A DNA stretch of 54,767 nucleotides. Origin: Octopus bimaculoides (lineage: Eukaryota). This document shows, piece by piece, positions 48,966-54,767 of this stretch. The stretch's first letter is position 1, and each line of letters starts with the position of its first letter. The DNA lies in assembly GCF_001194135.2 (NCBI RefSeq), contig NC_068995.1, positions 52,242,865 to 52,297,631 of the forward strand, read 5' to 3'. The notes under the pieces are model-generated. The model had not been told where the DNA came from. It saw only the letters and a list, made by a program, of their open reading frames with translations, and made no database searches. Position numbers and translations under genes: made by a program.

Positions 48966-50267
48966 TTTAAGTACCCATTAGCGTAGAAGTCTTGCCTCTG
49001 AATGTCAGTCATTGCAAGTCTTACTGTTACAACGACAGATAATGATGGATTACAACAACTGTAAAAGGTACACGAGGAGAAGAACAACAACAAGTATGTA
49101 TACACATACATATACGTACACATATCTGCATAGATTAAAAGATAACTACGTGACACATCAGGGGAACATGTAATAACAACAAGTCGAATTTCTCGAAGAC
49201 AAAACTAACTATATGTGTGAAGGTTTCACGAGTAATTCACACGTATGATATACCCCCATCCCACGAAAAGAAATTGAAAAAAAAAAAGAAAAAAAAAAGG
49301 TGGGGTAAGAAAAAGATAGGCAAAGAAAAAGAAAATAAACTCTACTACAGAATTGGCGCCGTTTGCTGAGAGAGAGAGAGACCCTTACATGGCCCAAATA
49401 GATGTTCACCACAAATACACATAGTACATGAAACATACACACGCGTATATTTATATATATTATACACATGTACATGCACACTCTATACATTTTCAGTGCT
49501 AGCTGCTTGCTTGCTCGACCATGGCTTTCTTTAACAATGTGACTTGCTTGCGCACGGAACAGCTTACCAGCTTTTAGTTAGAACCTGTCGGAATTTCCCA
49601 CCTTAGCTTGGAACTCCATCTCGCTACATTTCTTCCCTCTCTACCTCTCACTATATCTCTTTATCTATCTTTTTCTCCTCCCACTTCATTGGCACTCCAT
49701 TCAATTTCACTCTCTTTTTCTAAGTCACTCGTTCTTCTTCATAACTCTCTTTCTTCTTTTCCCTGTCCTTTTGAAATCTCAGCTCTTCAAGTGTCTTTTC
49801 TTCCAATTCCTCAGTAACCTCTCACCACTCCCTTTTCACTCTCTATTTCCTTCTCTCCTTCTCTCTCTTTGCCATCATTCTTTAAGAGATCCTCCACTGC
49901 TGCTGTTCTAAAACAAACACACATACATACAAACACACGATCGCACATGCTACTAATAGTTCTTACATGATCTGACCCCCGTCTCCATTCAGTCAGGACA
50001 ATCTTATATTGGAATCAAATTATATAATATATATACATTTCGCGATCATACACATTATCCTACATTGTAAATACATACACACACATATATTCACACACGT
50101 ACATGATATATATATTTATATATATATATATATTTATATGTAATGTGTGTGTGACTGTGAGCACCTACTTAGTGCTTTCGAAAGCTCTTGCTTTCTATAC
50201 CAAATCGATTCAGTTTAATGATCTGCTCAAGTATTTATTGCATCACATAATAATAATTCAAGAAAGG

Positions 50268-50303
<36 letters not shown>

Positions 50304-50571
50304 AACAAACCCCACAAGGATGTTATTTCACGAGAGGATCTAAATGAGCGGAAGAAATAAAATCAAGATATCAAGGAGTTATTCTATAATATATTATTAG
50401 CATCACTTGCACTGTGGAAGTAAAAGAACAGAAAGAACCCTTGACAGAGACCAGTTTCTCTTATCCCAAAAAGACTCTTATTTTATATCTATATCTTGTG
50501 TGTGTGTATATTATATGTAATAAGCTGCATCAACTCGTATGCTGAACCAACATATTGATTGATAAGCGAAC

Positions 50572-50633
<62 letters not shown>

Positions 50634-51142
50634 GTAAAATTTGAAAATATTTTAAGACATTGGTTCCGTGGACGTTTCCAGAATGGTTGTGTCATGGAAT
50701 TTACCACTTGGTGCTTCTGTGAAACGAAAACCTATTTCTTACACAGAATATTTACAATTTGGTCATTATTCTTCCTACCAGAAGAAAACGATTAATTACT
50801 TCACTAATTAATTAACACTAATTACACACACACACAGAATAGATACGTAAGTATGTATGTATGTATAAAATAGTATGGTCTCTGGTGTTTCAGCAACACC
50901 TTGTATATGCAATGGAACTTACTGCTTTATAACGAAACATCTGCTGATATTTCGGTCTGCTACGGCAACTTGATGCTGGGAACATCGAATGTATTTTTAA
51001 AGCCTTTATCGGAAGGAAAATTATAATTACAGTTAAAATTAATGATGATTATTCTACCTTGTTGCTGTTAAAGAATTTGAAAATATATTTAATTTTGTTG
51101 ATTGTTTTGTGAAAATTTTCAACATTATGATATTACTGACAG

Positions 51143-51290
51143 GTTTTTTGGAAATGCCTAAGTTTACTGCAAGAAAAATCACACAAGAGTCTTGTATTGC
51201 TGCTACTGCTTCTTATAGTACACTACCATCTAGGTTAGAGCTCAAATTACGGACAAGACACTCGCCGAAAACAACGAAAACCGCTCAGCA
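51143..51290 (+). other. Probable 5'UTR part of the same exon
   Basis: Candidate acceptor tattactgacAG|G at 51141-42 after AT-rich sequence; the main frame has stops at 51216 and 51231. Confidence 0.5.
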
Positions 51291-51309
51291 ATGGAAAGTC
51301 TTAACTTGA
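51154..51309 (+). CDS. 51-aa upstream ORF overlapping the PDZ ORF start out of frame (MPKFTARKITQES...WKVLT)
   Basis: ATG at 51154 (gaaATGc), stop TGA 51307-09, 19-nt overlap with the main ORF. Translation is not shown. Confidence 0.4.
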   Translation: MPKFTARKITQESCIAATASYSTLPSRLELKLRTRHSPKTTKTAQQWKVLT

Positions 51310-52000
51310 AGTCATTTTTCACGAAATTATTGTCTTCCAACCATGGAAGTTCGGGACATTGCAAAACGAACCGGAAATCAAGTAAAAGAGGACCGGGACC
51401 CGGCTGTGCTACGTTACCATGTCATAACATAAGTTCTCCGAAATATTCGAATGGTACCCTTCCGAAGGCTGACCAATCCCCGGGTGGTCAGCGACATGGC
51501 ACTTGTACCTTACCGTCATCGTATTCTTTGGCGAATGACCCCACGGGTGGTTGTGGAAGGGGTGGCGGCTCTCACTGCAGCGATGCACACCGGACAACCC
51601 CTCCGACGAAACCCCCGAGGAAGGACCAGATATTCAGGGTAGATCTACTCTGCCATCCGGGGGAAGATATCGGACTGAGTTTGGATACAGTACCAGCAGA
51701 CACTATAGATTCATGGAAATCTACTCTGAAACCTGTGAGGTCGTCGTCGCCCGGAGGAGCTTCGAATTCGGGTACTTGTGCAGTTTCGTCTGCCGGCAAC
51801 TACGACAACTTCTCTATAAATGCCACCGGCTCGACCAGAGAAGGAATAAAGCAATTTTTAGGACAAGGTAGCACGTTTGTAAAAGTGATTGATGTCAGAG
51901 ACGGGAGTATTGTCTTCAAAAACGGTAAAATTAAAGTTAACGACGAGGTCATTGATATAAATGGCAAGTCAGTGATAAAAGAAACGGCGAACGGCGCCAG
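51291..52000 (+). CDS. Coding exon of a PDZ-domain scaffold protein (N-terminal part, PDZD2/big-bang-like); gene continues beyond the donor at 52001
   Basis: Open frame of 236 codons + 2 nt from ATG 51291 (gcaATGG context; in-frame TAG at 51231-33 upstream) to a consensus donor AG|GTGAGT. PDZ elements: IFRVDL (bA), GEDIGLSL (carboxylate loop/bB), VKVIDVRDGS (bC), GKIKVNDEVIDINGKSV (bD-bE); the final helix and strand are cut by the intron. GLSLDTVP...GKIKVNDEVIDING...GA resembles PDZD2 PDZ1 as I recall it (GLSFGNIP...GKVRLRDEILSLNG...GA). Orthology is not proven. Confidence 0.85.
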
Positions 52001-53108
52001 GTGAGTCTAATGTTTTCTTCACAATCGTTATTTTAATGAATCTATGTTCACACCTAAACGACAAACTCAAGCTGTTGTATTACTTTCTTGATTTTTATAT
52101 ATTTTTTCTTCCGCTCAGTAATCTATTTGGATGCGTGTACTTGTATGTAAATATATACAGATGTATGAATACATCCATACAAATACACACACAATGTACA
52201 AGTATTCGTGCATATATATAATATATTATCTGTGTATGTATGCTTACACGTGTGTACGTGTGATTCTATTGATATATATATATAGAGTATATTTCTTCTA
52301 TGGTGCATATTCACACCCTTGTTACCTCTGTCTCTGATACACTGCAGCCACTTAAGTGATCCACCACTTTATGGCCACCCGTTCATCTGGCCAAGTTTTA
52401 CGAGATGATGATACAGAGATATAACAGATACTTACACTTTCTCTCTCTTCCTACTCCCTCTTTCTCTTCTTGGGTCTCGTCATCTCTTAAGATGATAGCA
52501 TCCTGATTTCTTTTTAAGGGATTGCTTAGTGTGTTTTTGTACTGACGATGTCTTCATTTAATATACATATGATATATAACCCTTGAAACAGCATCATCAT
52601 CACCACGACCACTACTATAATAAAATTTATTGGATTTCTTATATTTGATTTAGTTCGATGATGACGATGGATGTGAGAGGAGAAGTGAATCTGTCATGCC
52701 TTTCTCCAAAGAGAATTAATGAATTTTCTGAAACGGTTCCACCGTACTCCTGCAAAACCCTAAAAGAGAAAAATAAAATGAATGATAATTAAGACATCCA
52801 CCTTATTTCACGTCCCTCGTGTTCTTCGTAGACACGCGTGTGCACCATAACATCCCATTTCCTTGTCTTTTACGAAGACAAAAATAAAACACACACACAC
52901 ACAAAAGAATTTAATGCCTTGTTGCTTCAAAGAAATCAATAATACCAATTATTATCAAACATGTTTCGGCGGTAAATAAATGAGTCTACGACCCATTTTT
53001 AGTTCCCTTTCGGGAGCCGTTTTACTATTTATCTTAGGGTTACTAAATAAAGGCTGCTGGGAAAGGCATGAATGCTACAACCCCTATTAACCCTATACGT
53101 GTGTTTTA

Positions 53109-53150
<42 letters not shown>

Positions 53151-53164
53151 ATCAACGAAGACTT

Positions 53165-53305
53165 TGACTTGTTTCTCGACCTACTAGAAATAGCAGCCAA
53201 ATCTCCCTTAACACATCGTATTATATCAAGAACCAAACATTAGATAAAGCAATCCTGCATATCTTCAAAAGAGACGAGGTGGTAATGACTGAAATGCCTT
53301 ATCTC
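53165..53305 (+). mobile_element. SINE family C fragment in the intron after the PDZ exon
   Basis: ctcgacctactagaaatagcagccaaatctccct. Confidence 0.65.
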
Positions 53306-54767
53306 CTACTTTCTCATCTCCTGTATAAGATCCCTTTGCCAAGGGATCATATAATGTGAACAACCATGATATAATAATCATTATTAAAGAACATTGGAGC
53401 CATTTAGCTTCGGTCGCTAATTATTTTGGTGATTGTGGACGAAAAAACTCATGCACGTTACACTTGTCTACGTCGCCCCTCAACGTTGTGAGTTCAAATC
53501 CCAATGGTCACTTTCTTTGTTGTTATTCTTTCTAGGGGACGATAAAATAATTGTAAAGTATTAGGGGTCGATTTTGTTGACTATACTCTTTTTCAGTATT
53601 AGTCATCATCATCGACACTCCCTTATCGTTCGTTATATTTATAAAACTTGTTCTGTACACACATATATATGTACTGTCAAGCTTCCCTTTTTCCGATATA
53701 CCTTTTAAGCATACATAAGTGTGCGTATGTGTATGTATACAAATAGAATTTATATAATATATTTGTGTTTGTAAAATTTGTACATATGTACTTAAATATA
53801 CATGTACATAAGTGTATGTATATGTATAATTTACATATATGCACATATACATAGGCACACCTACAGAGTCGTGGGAGGGGGCACACTTATGTAGGTATGC
53901 TTATACATACGTGTTTGTATGTGTGTATAGATATGTACATGTTTATATACATGTCCACTCATACGTACGTCTGTGTATATATTCACAAACCCCAATCATA
54001 ATCTGGTGGATGCCAGCCATTCACAGACTTATTTATCACCTTGTGGTAAACTAAATGACTTGATGTCTATTATTATTATTTTTATTACTCCTACTTTTAA
54101 TTATTATTATCACCATCGTACTGTAAAATATATATTTTTTTAAAAATTACTTCAGCTTTAATCTCTCTCTAGCTGATCTGTCTCTTGCATTTTACTCGTC
54201 TTTCTCCAAGATTAAGTAGGCAGTCACGCTTGTTGTTCCTAAAACGGGGTTCCACTATTGGAATTCTTCGAACATGGGCAATCCCACCTCAGAACATATT
54301 CATTCAGCTGCTTCCCTCTTCAACTAGTGTTCACGTGAGCCATCCTTCCTCAACTTCGTTCGTTCCTCACTGTTTTTATTTTTTTCCTTTTCTTCTTAGT
54401 TTTGTTTACATATATATATGTTCTTTTACTTTTACAGTCTCATCTCTCTATTTCTCTCGCATCCCAAATGACGTACATTATAATCATCATCATTCATACC
54501 CCCCTCCATCCCCTTCTCATCATTATCATCATCAATGGCATCAAATACCATCGTCTTTTACTCAGCTTTGCTGCAGACATCGAGAGAAACGGTTGATCAA
54601 TAAAAGGCACTGCTAAACTTACTAATACTCACATGCATTCATATACACACTCACCCACACTGCATTCGCACACATACATATACATATGTGTGTATGTTTG
54701 TATGTGACATATATACGTAAGTACATATAAGTGTCTGTATTATAAGTATCTTATATATATATATATA

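Noticed and set aside
50268-50301. 34-nt poly(A) as a retrocopy tail
   Set aside because: No upstream AATAAA, coding sequence or TSD.
51409-51871. Alternative-frame and antisense ORFs over the PDZ exon
   Set aside because: Shadows of a GC-rich coding exon with no domain features.

Overview
AT-rich, repeat-dense animal genomic DNA from a short-read scaffold with 8 N-gaps, mostly flanked by microsatellites. The tRNA-headed SINE families, RTE-type tails and microsatellite load look like an octopod cephalopod (Octopus-like); this is inferred from repeat recognition, not a database match. Only one host coding exon is well supported: a + strand exon at about 51143-52000 (ATG 51291, donor AG|GTGAGT at 52001). 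It encodes a low-complexity N-terminus and a PDZ domain split by a ~60-aa insertion, resembling PDZ1 of the PDZD2/big-bang family, and an out-of-frame uORF overlaps its start. The rest is intronic or intergenic: many SINE copies from about 5 families, TTAA- and hAT-type MITEs, and decayed RTE, CR1-like, Penelope (GIY-YIG) and Merlin coding relics. Two degenerate Penelope-type minimal hammerhead ribozyme motifs lie at 30.5 and 31.3 kb. CpG-retaining segments at 2-6 kb and 9-10 kb carry promoter motifs and splice-site-bounded candidate exons that may belong to an unrecognised minus-strand transcript. Most long ORFs in the supplied track are microsatellite or N-gap artefacts. I found no clearly new biological system; the best leads are ranked in findings.
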